This document shows positions 51,806-61,889 of a stretch of 64,000 nt of DNA, piece after piece. The stretch spans positions 143,536 through 207,535 of the forward strand of contig CACJUN010000003.1 of NCBI GenBank assembly GCA_902596665.1, given 5' to 3'. A program made the position numbers and the translations under genes. Below the pieces are notes generated by a model, which was not told the DNA's origin, ran no database searches, and worked only from the letters and a program-made list of their open reading frames with translations. Position 1 is the stretch's first letter, and the number at the start of each line of letters is the position of its first letter. This DNA is from an uncultured SAR86 cluster bacterium (GTDB lineage Bacteria; Pseudomonadota; Gammaproteobacteria; Magnimaribacterales; AG-339-G14).

Positions 51806-53080
51806 ATGATGAATAAACTTAAATTATTTCTGTTAATTTTTTTAGTTAGCCCCATGACAAACGCAGCTATCGAATTATTAGACAAAGTGGCAGTTGTTGT
51901 TGAGGATGGAATAATTTTAGAGTCAGAGGTTAACAAAAGAATTGAGCAAATTGTAGAATCTTTAAAACAAAGTGAAACTCCCCTTCCCCCTAAAGAAGTC
52001 TTATTTGAGCAGATCATTGAGAGAATGATTATCGAGGAAATACAACTTCAAAAGGCCCAAAGAGCGGGAGTAAGAATATCAGACCAAGAACTAAATGAAT
52101 CCATGGCTCAAATTGCTCAAGGGAATGGTCTCTCTCTTCAAGACTTTAGGTTATTTTTAGAAGAACAAGGAGAATCCTATGAATTTGTTCGCGAACAAGT
52201 AAGGAAAGAAATGATACTTTCTAGAATCCAAAGGGGTTTGGTGCAATCAAAGGTGTACATATCGGAACAAGAACTGGACAACTTTATTAAATCTCAAGAA
52301 GGACAAGTAAATATGTCTGCAGAATTTTTAATCCAACAGATTTTGATTCCAATCAATAGAGATCAGGATGAGGAAACTGCTTTATCAATCATTGATTCAC
52401 TGAAAGAAAAACTATCTGCCAAGATGGCTTTTGGAGACCTTGCAAAAGAATACTCTTCTGGAGAAGAAGCTAATAATGAAGGTTCCTTGGGGTGGAGGAA
52501 AATCAATGAAATTCCAACGCTTTTTGCTAATGAAATTTCTTCCTTGAGAAAAGGTGAGATTGCTGGACCTTTCAGGAGCGGCGCAGGATTGCACTTGATT
52601 AAATTAAAAGACAAAAAAGGAAGGGATATTAAAATTGAAAAACAAACTTTAGCCAGACATATCTTGATACAAACTTCCGAAATAAGAAGTGATAAGCAAG
52701 CCAAGGATCTTATCGAAGATCTTTACAATAGAAGCCAAGACGAGGATAAATTTTCTGACTTAGCTCGGTTATATTCCGATGATCCAGGCAGCAAGATGGA
52801 AGGTGGAGAATTAAGCTGGACTGGTCCTGGCAGATTTGATCCTAAGTTTGAAGAAGTTATGGATTCCCTTGAAATAAATCAAGTTAGCAAACCTTTCAAG
52901 TCAAATTTTGGATGGCACATTGTTGAAGTTTTAGATAGACGAGAAGAAGACATTTCCTTGAACATTCAAAAAAATAGAGCTTATCAAATTCTATTTGATA
53001 GAAAGTATGAAGAACAATTAGAAAAAACTCTTAGCGAAATGAGAGCAGAATCATATGTGAACATAAAAATAAAATCATGA
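51806..53080 (+). CDS. surA: Periplasmic chaperone/PPIase SurA
   Basis: DKVAVVV..GIIL.SE, two parvulin domains (ARHILI, SDDPGS..GG.L.W, FGWHI). Confidence 0.93.
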   Translation: MMNKLKLFLLIFLVSPMTNAAIELLDKVAVVVEDGIILESEVNKRIEQIVESLKQSETPLPPKEVLFEQIIERMIIEEIQLQKAQRAGVRISDQELNESMAQIAQGNGLSLQDFRLFLEEQGESYEFVREQVRKEMILSRIQRGLVQSKVYISEQELDNFIKSQEGQVNMSAEFLIQQILIPINRDQDEETALSIIDSLKEKLSAKMAFGDLAKEYSSGEEANNEGSLGWRKINEIPTLFANEISSLRKGEIAGPFRSGAGLHLIKLKDKKGRDIKIEKQTLARHILIQTSEIRSDKQAKDLIEDLYNRSQDEDKFSDLARLYSDDPGSKMEGGELSWTGPGRFDPKFEEVMDSLEINQVSKPFKSNFGWHIVEVLDRREEDISLNIQKNRAYQILFDRKYEEQLEKTLSEMRAESYVNIKIKS

Positions 53081-54057
53081 GCTCTCATGTTTTTATAAGT
53101 CCTGGTGATCCTGCAGGCATTGGTCCAGAAATAACTCTTAAATCTCTTAAAAATTTAAACGAAATACATAAATTTGTTATTGCTGGAGATATTCAATATT
53201 TTGAAAATTTATCAGCATCTTTGAAATTAGGATTTGAGTTCATTCCGTATGGAGGCTCAAAAACGACATCAAGCTCAAAACTAATTGAAGTAATTAATAT
53301 TCCACTACAAGAAAAGCCGATTCTTGGATCTTCCTCTGTAAATAATGCTAAATATATTTTAGAAGTATTAACTGCCTGTGCAGGACATTGCATGGACAAT
53401 ACTAATAATATATTAGTTACTGGTCCTATTAATAAAGAAACAATATCTGCTTCCGGGACTGATTTTTCTGGTCACACTGAATTTTTGGCTGAACATGCAA
53501 AAATTGATTCGCCTTTAATGTTGATGGCGAATGAAACAATAAAAATAGGTTTAGCTACCACTCACGTACCGATTAAAAAAGTTAGCGAGAGTATTACTGA
53601 AGACTTAATTTACAAAAAATTAAAAGTTTTATGTCTGGGTCTGAAGAGACTTCTAAAAAAGGAAAACTTAAAAATATGCGTGTTGGGATTGAATCCCCAT
53701 GCAGGAGAAGGTGGCTATATAGGAACCGAAGAATCAACAACGATATTAAGGGGAATAAAAAAATTTGATCAAAGGGAGGTAACTGTTGATGGGCCAATAT
53801 CTGCTGATACAGCATTTTCAGAAAGAAACCTATATCATTATGATGCCTTTCTAGCCATGTTTCATGATCAAGGAATGATACCTGCAAAAATTCTTGGGTT
53901 TGGGCAAACATTAAACATAACTTTTGGATTACCCTATCTCAGAATTTCTGTTGATCACGGTACAGCTCTTGATATCGCAGATGATATGAATGCAGATTTT
54001 TCAAGCATGAAACTTGCTCTTGAAACAGCTTTAGCTTCATTGGATGAAAAAAAATAA
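53077..54057 (+). CDS. pdxA: 4-hydroxythreonine-4-phosphate dehydrogenase
   Basis: GDPAGIGPE, GHTEFLA, NPHAGE, MFHDQG, SVDHGTA. Confidence 0.95.
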   Translation: MSSHVFISPGDPAGIGPEITLKSLKNLNEIHKFVIAGDIQYFENLSASLKLGFEFIPYGGSKTTSSSKLIEVINIPLQEKPILGSSSVNNAKYILEVLTACAGHCMDNTNNILVTGPINKETISASGTDFSGHTEFLAEHAKIDSPLMLMANETIKIGLATTHVPIKKVSESITEDLIYKKLKVLCLGLKRLLKKENLKICVLGLNPHAGEGGYIGTEESTTILRGIKKFDQREVTVDGPISADTAFSERNLYHYDAFLAMFHDQGMIPAKILGFGQTLNITFGLPYLRISVDHGTALDIADDMNADFSSMKLALETALASLDEKK

Positions 54058-54829
54058 CCTAAAACCAAAAAAATATTTCGGTCAAAATTTTCTTTCTGAT
54101 TTTCAATTAATTGAAGAGTTAATAGAAGAAATAAACATTCAGGAAATTGATCATCTTTTAGAGATAGGGCCTGGAAAAGGCGCAATGACAAGTCTCCTGC
54201 TTGAAAAATGTGAGTCTCTAACTGCAATTGAAATTGATAAGGATTTAATAAAATTCTTAAAAAAAGCTTATGGGGATAGAAAAAATTTTAATCTGATCGA
54301 AAAAGATATTCTTCTTTATGATCCAAAAGAGCTTGTTAGAGTAAATAAGCTCATAGGTAATATACCTTACAATATCTCTACACCAATAATTGAGTGGATT
54401 ATTGATAACAAATCATCATTTGATGAAATTTTTTTAATGTTACAAAAAGAATTTGGTGAAAGGTGTGTTGCTCAACCTAATTCAAAATCTTATGGAAGAT
54501 TATCAATATTTGTTCAATGTTTTTTCGATGTAACCGTAATTAGAGAGGTGGATAAATCATCTTTTACTCCTTCTCCAAAGGTGCAAAGCATATTTTTAAA
54601 ACTCATTCCTAAAGTTTCAGAAATGATACCTAATTCTAGTGAGATGAAGAACTTATCAACCTTAACAAGGGAAGCTTTCTCAAAAAGAAGAAAATTAATT
54701 ACTAACAGCCTGAAGTCCTTCTTCACCGAAGAAGATCTTGTTAATCTTGGTATTGAGAGAAAATCTCGTCCTGAAAACCTATCAGTAGAAACCTATATAA
54801 AATTAGCTAAAAGTATTCAAAGTGGCTAA
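54044..54829 (+). CDS. rsmA: 16S rRNA dimethyladenosine transferase
   Basis: FGQNFL, EIGPGKG, EID, NIPYNIS, MLQKE, YGRLS. Confidence 0.95.
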   Translation: MKKNNLKPKKYFGQNFLSDFQLIEELIEEINIQEIDHLLEIGPGKGAMTSLLLEKCESLTAIEIDKDLIKFLKKAYGDRKNFNLIEKDILLYDPKELVRVNKLIGNIPYNISTPIIEWIIDNKSSFDEIFLMLQKEFGERCVAQPNSKSYGRLSIFVQCFFDVTVIREVDKSSFTPSPKVQSIFLKLIPKVSEMIPNSSEMKNLSTLTREAFSKRRKLITNSLKSFFTEEDLVNLGIERKSRPENLSVETYIKLAKSIQSG

Positions 54830-55637
54830 TTATGTTATTGGTGATATCCAAGGATGCTTTGACGAGTATTCACTGCTTTTGAATAAAATCAAATTCGATT
54901 CAAAAAAAGATTTTATTTGGCTTACAGGTGATTTGATCAATAGAGGACCAGCTTCATTATCTGTTCTAAAGCATGTATATGATAATCGCAAAGCAATAAA
55001 GACTGTTTTAGGAAATCACGATCTACATTTTCTAGCTATTTATTATGGTGTAAGAAAACCAAATAAATTTGATACTCTAAGTGATTTATTCAATTCCCAA
55101 GATGTTGACGATTTAGCTAAATGGCTTATAAAACAGCCGCTTGTAAGAGAGATTAAAATTGGAAAAAGAGAATTTATTATGGTTCATGCCGGTTTTCCCA
55201 AATCAGCCACAAAAAAATCATTAACGGAAGTTAACGGAAAAATTAAGAAAGCTCTTAAGAATAATCCAAAAAAGGCTCTAAAAATGATTTTTGATCATAA
55301 AAGAAAAATGCCTAAGTTATTAAAAGATAAAAAAAGCCTTAAAGATTGGGTTGATTGGCTCACAAGAGTCAGGGCAGTAGATGAAAATGAAGTAATGGAC
55401 TTGAGGTTCAAAGGCAAAAAAAGTGAACTTAAGGATAATTTCAAAGCTTGGTTTTCTTATGATTTAAAAATTATGAAGAAACACAGATCAATAGTTTTTG
55501 GTCATTGGGCTGCTCTAGAAGGGAAAACAAATATAGAAAGAATCCATGCTCTTGATACTGGTTGCGTATGGAACAAGAAATTAACTGCAATGAGACTAGA
55601 GGATGGAAGAAAATTTTCGGTAAATAAAATAAACTGA
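54822..55637 (+). CDS. apaH: Symmetrical bis(5'-nucleosyl)-tetraphosphatase
   Basis: GDIQGC, GDLINRGP, LGNHD, FGHWAAL, LDTGCVW. Confidence 0.95.
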   Translation: MANYVIGDIQGCFDEYSLLLNKIKFDSKKDFIWLTGDLINRGPASLSVLKHVYDNRKAIKTVLGNHDLHFLAIYYGVRKPNKFDTLSDLFNSQDVDDLAKWLIKQPLVREIKIGKREFIMVHAGFPKSATKKSLTEVNGKIKKALKNNPKKALKMIFDHKRKMPKLLKDKKSLKDWVDWLTRVRAVDENEVMDLRFKGKKSELKDNFKAWFSYDLKIMKKHRSIVFGHWAALEGKTNIERIHALDTGCVWNKKLTAMRLEDGRKFSVNKIN

Positions 55638-55641
55638 CCCA

Positions 55642-56739
55642 ATGAATGTTTACTTAGTTGGCGGAGCTGTCAGAGATGAACTTATTGGCCGTGAAATAAA
55701 CGAAAAAGATTGGGTTGTTGTTGGCTCAACTGAGGAGGATCTTTTAGCTAAAAAATTTAAAAAGATAAATAGTCAATTTCCGGTTTTTCTCCATCCAGAA
55801 ACTAGGGAGGAATATGCTTTAGCTAGAAAAGAAAAAAAAGTATCTCCCGGTCATCAAGGATTTAAATTTATTTTTGATCCCTCGGTTACAATCGAAGAAG
55901 ATCTTAAGAGAAGAGATTTCACAATGAATGCTATCGCTAAAAAAGACAACGGTGAGCTTATTGATCCATTCGCTGGCGTAGCAGACATAAATAATAAATT
56001 GATTAAACATGTCTCAGAATTTTTTACAGAAGACCCCCTTCGAGTGTTTAGGTGTGCAAGATTTGCCGCAACTCTGAAATCTTTTGGATTTAAAGTATCA
56101 GACGAAACAATCAACTTGATGCAAACAAAGTTCAGCAAGGATGAATTTTTATCTTTATCTGCTGAGAGAGTTTGGGTCGAAACTCAAAAAGCGTTGATTT
56201 CTGAACATCCAGAAGAATACTTCAGCGTGTTAAATAAGGCGGATTGCTTGCATTATTTTTTCAATTTAGGTGACATAAAAGAGGTTATTGATTTAATAGA
56301 GCATATAAAAAAGAAGTATGTTGGAGATGTTGAAAGATGGGCCGCTGTTAATTCACTTTCAATAGATCAAAAGAAAACCAATGAACTTCTAAAAATACCA
56401 AAAAAGTTTTCAAAGTTATCTGACAAGATTCAAGAATGTATTCGATTATTTACTCAGAAAAATTCTGATTTAGAAATTCTAGATAGCCTTCACAAAATGT
56501 CTTTTTTTAGAGAGTCATCTTCTGCAAGAAAAGCAATGGAGCTATGCGGCGATTTACTAAAATTAAGAGGTTCAAGTTTATCTTTAGAGCCTTCATTAAT
56601 GTTAAATATTGCAGATAAGCTTGAGGAATCAAAGATTGAAATTAACCACTCATTAAAAGACATGAAAGATGAAGATAAAAAATCTAAACTTTTAGAGTTG
56701 AGACTTAACATTATTAGAAAAACTAGAATCAATTTATGA
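55642..56739 (+). CDS. cca: tRNA nucleotidyltransferase (CCA-adding), short form
   Basis: YLVGGAVRD, EYALAR, DL.RRDFT.NA, EDPLRV.R.ARF, ERVW.E. Confidence 0.92.
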   Translation: MNVYLVGGAVRDELIGREINEKDWVVVGSTEEDLLAKKFKKINSQFPVFLHPETREEYALARKEKKVSPGHQGFKFIFDPSVTIEEDLKRRDFTMNAIAKKDNGELIDPFAGVADINNKLIKHVSEFFTEDPLRVFRCARFAATLKSFGFKVSDETINLMQTKFSKDEFLSLSAERVWVETQKALISEHPEEYFSVLNKADCLHYFFNLGDIKEVIDLIEHIKKKYVGDVERWAAVNSLSIDQKKTNELLKIPKKFSKLSDKIQECIRLFTQKNSDLEILDSLHKMSFFRESSSARKAMELCGDLLKLRGSSLSLEPSLMLNIADKLEESKIEINHSLKDMKDEDKKSKLLELRLNIIRKTRINL

Positions 56740-57455
56740 AAAAAACTATTTTTGTTTCAGGAGGATCAAAAAGAATTGGTAAATCCATATGTGAATATTT
56801 TCATAAAAATGATTTCAATATTATTTGTCATTTCAATAATTCTGAAAAAGAAGCAGAAAATCTTAAAGATCAACTAAATACAAAGAGAGAAAACAGTTGT
56901 GAAATAATTCAATATGACCTTAACGATATTGAAGGAATAAACAACTTCTGTAACGAAGTTAAAGATATCTTTGGTCGATTAGATGTACTTGTAAATAATG
57001 CTTCTACTTTTTATAGCGATGACCTAGAAATTAATGAAGGGTCTAATTGGAATGACTTAATAAATTCTAATGTTAAAGCCCCTTATTACTTAGTCTCAAA
57101 TTTTAAAGATGAATTGAAAAAAAATTATGGGTCGATAGTGAATATCACTGATGCAATGGTAATTAGAGGAATGGAAAAGTTTCCAATTTATTCAATTGCT
57201 AAGGGGGGATTAGAAACCATAACTAAATCATTAGCTAGGAAACTTGCACCAGAGATTAGGGTAAACGGAGTTGCCCCAGGAGCTATCCTTTGGCCAGAGC
57301 AAAATCCTGATCCAGATGAAAAAATTCTTATGAACATTCCTTTAGGAAGGATTGGAAGCGCAGAGGATATATCTTCTGCAGTATTTCATTTAGTTGAAAA
57401 TAAATATATAACTGGTCAAATTATTAGGGTTGACGGCGGAAGATCTTTAAATTAA
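56736..57455 (+). CDS. Pteridine reductase / FolM-like SDR
   Basis: GGSKRIG, NNASTF, NITD, YSIAK, VNGVAPGAIL. Confidence 0.85.
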   Translation: MKKTIFVSGGSKRIGKSICEYFHKNDFNIICHFNNSEKEAENLKDQLNTKRENSCEIIQYDLNDIEGINNFCNEVKDIFGRLDVLVNNASTFYSDDLEINEGSNWNDLINSNVKAPYYLVSNFKDELKKNYGSIVNITDAMVIRGMEKFPIYSIAKGGLETITKSLARKLAPEIRVNGVAPGAILWPEQNPDPDEKILMNIPLGRIGSAEDISSAVFHLVENKYITGQIIRVDGGRSLN

Positions 57456-57480
57456 AAAATACATCAGTAGGGAGAATTAA

Positions 57481-58542
57481 TTGACTGATCAAAATACTAG
57501 TGAGCTATTTGCTGGCACCATGCCAGTTTCAGAAAAGCATGGGTTTGATGCCAAAAAATTGAATGATTATTTGGCTGAGCATTTGGAAAATTTCAGTGGG
57601 CCAATTACCGTAGAAGAATTCAAAGGCGGTCAATCAAATCCTACATACCTTATAAAAACTTCGACTGATTCATACGTTCTCCGAAGAAAGCCTCCCGGTC
57701 TACTTTTGAAATCAGCTCATGCTGTCGATAGAGAGTACAAAGTTATTAAAGCTCTAAATATGACAGACGTGCCAGTGCCTATTGCATATCTTCACTGTGA
57801 GGATGAAAGCGTAATAGGAACAGAATTTTTCTTAATGAGTTTTGTAGAAGGAACTGTGTTTTGGGAGCCTCATATTCCTGAGGCTAAAGATAACAAACAA
57901 AGAAGTGATATCTATAAATCTTTAAGTGAAACCATCTATAAATTACATAATGTAAAACCTAGTGATATTGGCCTTGAAGATTATGGAAGGCCTGGAAATT
58001 ATGTGGCCAGACAAGTTTCTAGATGGTCTAAGCAATATGTTGCATCTGAGACTGAAACTATTGAAGCAATGAATAATTTAATGGAATGGTTGCCTGAGAA
58101 TTTACCTACCGAAAAACCTCTGTGTCTAGTGCACGGTGATTTTAGTCTCACAAATGTCATTATTGATAATGAATCTGATCAGGTGGCTTCAATATTGGAT
58201 TGGGAACTCTCAACTCTCGGAGATCCAATGGCAGATTTCAGTTATCACTGTTTGCAATATAAACTTAACCCTATTCTCTCGGATGCAGCTCAATGTAAGA
58301 ATTTAGGAATTCCAACTGAAAAAGAATACCTAAAGCTCTATGCCGACAAGGTTGATTATTACATTGACTCAGAATGGGATCTTTATATGTCTTTTAATTT
58401 ATTCAAATTAGCCGGAATATCTCAAGGCATTATGGGGAGAGTAAGAGACGGTACTGCTGCTGGAGTCAATGCTGAAGAGACAGGAATGAGGGCAAGATTA
58501 CTTGCAGAATCTGCTTGGGATCTTGTAAAAGACAGAACTTAG
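57481..58542 (+). CDS. APH-fold phosphotransferase (ACAD10/11 kinase-like)
   Basis: GGQSNPTY, LRRKPPG.LL.SAHAVDRE, HGDF, LDWELSTLGDP. Confidence 0.88.
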   Translation: MTDQNTSELFAGTMPVSEKHGFDAKKLNDYLAEHLENFSGPITVEEFKGGQSNPTYLIKTSTDSYVLRRKPPGLLLKSAHAVDREYKVIKALNMTDVPVPIAYLHCEDESVIGTEFFLMSFVEGTVFWEPHIPEAKDNKQRSDIYKSLSETIYKLHNVKPSDIGLEDYGRPGNYVARQVSRWSKQYVASETETIEAMNNLMEWLPENLPTEKPLCLVHGDFSLTNVIIDNESDQVASILDWELSTLGDPMADFSYHCLQYKLNPILSDAAQCKNLGIPTEKEYLKLYADKVDYYIDSEWDLYMSFNLFKLAGISQGIMGRVRDGTAAGVNAEETGMRARLLAESAWDLVKDRT

Positions 58543-58558
58543 TTAAAAGGAGAAAATT

Positions 58559-59065
58559 ATGCCAAAAAAAGATATGCCGATTGAGAAAAGTCACATCATG
58601 ATGTTTGCGAGATCAATAGGAGACCCTAACCCAATTTACTATGACGAAGATCATGCAAATGATTCAGATGTAGGTTCAATAATCGCTCCTCCAACTTTTA
58701 CACAAGCAAGCGCACAGTTTGATCCTGATTACTTTTTAAGGCCAAAGATAGATGGTAAGGGTTGGTTTGGTTCAGGAAAAGAACCAACTGGCGCCAAAAA
58801 AGAAGGATCTTCTTCAGGCGGTGATGGCGGCGGTGCAGCAATGGGGCTCCATGCAGAACAACATTTTGAATATCATAGACCTGTAAGACCTGGAGATATT
58901 CTCACGCCAGAAACAAAACCAGGTAAGACTTGGGAAAAAGATAGTAAAAGAGCCGGTAAACTGAAGTTTAGTGAATCAGTTACAGAATTCAGAGATCAAA
59001 ATGGAGAACTAGTTGTAACGGCTATTGGAGTCGGCGTTCAAACAGAAAAACCAGTAGAAAATTAG
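58559..59065 (+). CDS. MaoC-family dehydratase N-terminal-type subunit
   Basis: FARSIGDPNP, APPTF, LHAEQHFEYHRP..PGD. Confidence 0.85.
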   Translation: MPKKDMPIEKSHIMMFARSIGDPNPIYYDEDHANDSDVGSIIAPPTFTQASAQFDPDYFLRPKIDGKGWFGSGKEPTGAKKEGSSSGGDGGGAAMGLHAEQHFEYHRPVRPGDILTPETKPGKTWEKDSKRAGKLKFSESVTEFRDQNGELVVTAIGVGVQTEKPVEN

Positions 59066-59074
59066 GAGAATCAA

Positions 59075-59491
59075 ATGTTAGATAAATCAAAAATTAATGT
59101 TGGAGATACCCACTCTGAGGTGGTTGTTGAAGACCTTAAAAGAACTCAAATAGTTCAATACGCTGGTGCCTCTGGTGATTACAACCCTCTACATAGCGAT
59201 GAAATATTTACTACTAAGGTAGTTGGTTATCCATCTGTTTTTGCACACGGAATGCTTTCAATGGGGTTAACAGGAAAAATGCTTACTAATTATGTTGGGG
59301 ATGCTTCATTAAAAAAATTCGGAGTTAGATTCACAAATCAGGTCTGGCCTGGAGACACCCTCACAAGCAAAGCTACTGTAATGTCAATCAGAGAAGAAAA
59401 TGGAGAGACTCTCGTAGATTTGAACATTGAAACAACTAATCAAGATGATGTCACTGTCATAACTGGATCAGCTGTTGCATTGGCTAAATAA
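59075..59491 (+). CDS. MaoC-family (R)-hydratase/dehydratase catalytic subunit
   Basis: Hydratase motif YAGASGDYNPLH, FAHGM, RF...V.PGD. Confidence 0.9.
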   Translation: MLDKSKINVGDTHSEVVVEDLKRTQIVQYAGASGDYNPLHSDEIFTTKVVGYPSVFAHGMLSMGLTGKMLTNYVGDASLKKFGVRFTNQVWPGDTLTSKATVMSIREENGETLVDLNIETTNQDDVTVITGSAVALAK

Positions 59492-61063
59492 TTGAATAAA
59501 GGAATTCCAGAAGTCGGCGGAAGGAGCGCGAAGTTTGCTCTCGCATTGCTTGTGCTTGTCTATGTTTTCAATTTTATTGATAGACAAATACTTACTATTC
59601 TTGCTGAAGATATCAAAGCTGATCTGGGTATATCGGATAGCGATATAGGCTTCTTATACGGAACAGCTTTTGCTGTTTTTTATTCAGTTGTCGGAATTCC
59701 CATGGGAAAACTGGCTGATACATGGAATCGTAAAAACTTAATTAGTATCGGCTTAGCTTTTTGGAGTTTCATGACTTTTTTATCCGGAACTGCCAAATCT
59801 TTTTTGGCTTTATCTGTGTATAGATTTGGTGTCGGTATAGGAGAATCCAGTGCAAGCCCATCAGCATATTCTCTTTTAGCTGACTATTTCTCTCCTAAGG
59901 TCAGAGCAACCGTTATCTCAATATACGCTAGCGGACTTTACATAGGTTCCGGTATAGGTATTTTCATAGGAGGTCTGATCGTTGATAACTGGAATAATGC
60001 ATACCCAATTATTTCAGAAGCTCCATTTGGTTTAAAAGGATGGCAAGTAGCTTTTATGGCAGTTGGCATACCGGGTATGCTTTTAGCTCTTTTGACTTGG
60101 CAAATTAAAGAACCACCAAGAGGATTGAGTGAAGGTTTAATTAGCTCAGAATCAAAAAATCCTTTAAAGGAAACTTTTAAAGAGTTAGTCGGCCTGACTC
60201 CTTTTGGCTTGCTGGGATCAGATAACTTCAAAAAAGAGCTTTCTATAAATATTATCTTTACTGTTTTAATTTTTCTCGCTTCTTATTATCTTTACGTTCT
60301 AACTGGAGACTTTCTTCAATGGACTGCTTTTGGAATCGGTGTTTACGTAATTTGTAATTGGATACACGGCTTAAAAAATAGAGATCCGGTTGCATTTTTA
60401 TTGATATTCAAAAGTAAAGCTCTCTTGCTGGGTCTTCTCTCTTTTCCTTTCATAACGTTTGTAACCTATGCCTTGGGTGCTTTTGGACCATCTTTTTACA
60501 TAAGAAATTTTTCAATGACTGCTACTGAAGTTGGAATTATTTATGGCTTGATTACTGTATTCGGTTCAATGATTGGCGTTATTTGTGGAGGTATCCTTGG
60601 CGATAAACTCAGGGAGACCTATGTTAATGGCAAGCTTTATTTAATAATGGCCTCTGCTGTATTAACTGGTGTTACTGCTATAGGTTTTATTCATTCAGAA
60701 AATTTAGTTGCTTCATTTACTTGGAAATTCGTTTATCACATTGCCTCTACTGCATGGTTAGGTTGTGCAGCTTCAACTGTTACAGAATTAGTTCTTCCTA
60801 GGTTGAGAGCGGTTGCAAGTGCATTTTTTATATTAATGTTGAGCATGATTGGATTGGCTCTTGGGCCTTATTTAACTGGAATGGTTAGTGATATTTATAT
60901 TAATTCAGGACTTCTTCCTGGCCCTGCACTGAAAAATGCTATGACCTTAACGCTTGTGGTTCTTGTTTTACCTCTTGGGTTGCTTGCTGTTGCTTGTAAA
61001 TATCTTAAAAATGATGAGGCTGAGATCTATGAAAAAGCCAGATCTCTGGGAGAAGAAATTTAA
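59492..61063 (+). CDS. Spinster-like MFS transporter
   Basis: FNFIDRQIL..L, GKLADTWNRK, GIGES..P, WQVAF..VG.PG; 523 aa with extra central helices. Confidence 0.88.
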   Translation: MNKGIPEVGGRSAKFALALLVLVYVFNFIDRQILTILAEDIKADLGISDSDIGFLYGTAFAVFYSVVGIPMGKLADTWNRKNLISIGLAFWSFMTFLSGTAKSFLALSVYRFGVGIGESSASPSAYSLLADYFSPKVRATVISIYASGLYIGSGIGIFIGGLIVDNWNNAYPIISEAPFGLKGWQVAFMAVGIPGMLLALLTWQIKEPPRGLSEGLISSESKNPLKETFKELVGLTPFGLLGSDNFKKELSINIIFTVLIFLASYYLYVLTGDFLQWTAFGIGVYVICNWIHGLKNRDPVAFLLIFKSKALLLGLLSFPFITFVTYALGAFGPSFYIRNFSMTATEVGIIYGLITVFGSMIGVICGGILGDKLRETYVNGKLYLIMASAVLTGVTAIGFIHSENLVASFTWKFVYHIASTAWLGCAASTVTELVLPRLRAVASAFFILMLSMIGLALGPYLTGMVSDIYINSGLLPGPALKNAMTLTLVVLVLPLGLLAVACKYLKNDEAEIYEKARSLGEEI

Positions 61064-61536
61064 TCAAGCTTCAATAATTTATTGGTAAATTTTTTTTGTT
61101 CAGCCAAATCCTTCATAGAAATTCCTAAAGATGGATGAATCATTTCACCGGCAATTTCTTTTAACGGAATAAGAACGAAGTTGTAATTCTCAATATCTGA
61201 GTGAGGTAGTTTTGTAGATTCAACCTCTCCAACAAAAGAATCATAGAGGATCAAATCAATATCTATGTTTCGATCAGAGTATTTCTTTGATGTTTTTTCT
61301 CTACCCAAGTTCTTTTCTATATTTTTGGTTATTTTTAGAACTTCGCTTACGTCTAGATCAGTCTCAAAACAAAGAACTTCGTTTAAAAAATCTGCTCCAT
61401 TAAATCCTGCTGATGGAGACTGATAAGTACTAGAGAATTTTTTTAAGGAAAAATATTTACTTAGTTCAATTCTTGCATCAGATAAATTTTTTGATGGCTC
61501 GATATTGCTGCCAAGACTGAAGAACACGAGAGACAT
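61060..61536 (-). CDS. folK: 6-hydroxymethyl-7,8-dihydropterin pyrophosphokinase
   Basis: SLGSNI, FLN, R.IDIDLILY, LPH, FVLIPL.EI. Confidence 0.93.
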   Translation of the reverse strand: MSLVFFSLGSNIEPSKNLSDARIELSKYFSLKKFSSTYQSPSAGFNGADFLNEVLCFETDLDVSEVLKITKNIEKNLGREKTSKKYSDRNIDIDLILYDSFVGEVESTKLPHSDIENYNFVLIPLKEIAGEMIHPSLGISMKDLAEQKKFTNKLLKLD

Positions 61537-61889
61537 TAATTTTTTCTAACTATTTTTATGCCGACTGACTTTGATCCTCGCAACGCGCCGGGTTTTTCCA
61601 CTTTAACCTCAACCTTTTCAATAGATTTGTTTTTAAGAACCCTTTTTGCAATTTTATCAGCCATTGTTTCTACCAACTGAAAGCTTGATTTTCCAACAAA
61701 GCTCGAGATGTCTTTTCCTATGGACTTGTAGTCGAGAGCTTGATCAATATTATCTGTTTTCGCTGCATCACTGATATTAAAATCCATTTCCAGAGATATT
61801 TTAACTATCTGTTTGACCTTTCTTTCCCAGCCAAAAATTCCAATGATTGTTTCAACTTCCAGGTCTTCTATGAATACTTTATCTTGCAT
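61536..61889 (-). CDS. folB: Dihydroneopterin aldolase
   Basis: IIGIFGWER..KQ, ALDY, LVE, KPGA. Confidence 0.93.
   Translation of the reverse strand: MQDKVFIEDLEVETIIGIFGWERKVKQIVKISLEMDFNISDAAKTDNIDQALDYKSIGKDISSFVGKSSFQLVETMADKIAKRVLKNKSIEKVEVKVEKPGALRGSKSVGIKIVRKN

Noticed and set aside
55642-55720. CCA catalytic DxD reads E-K-D, suggesting inactivation
   Set aside because: ExD is a recognised variant in gammaproteobacterial Cca; all other motifs are intact
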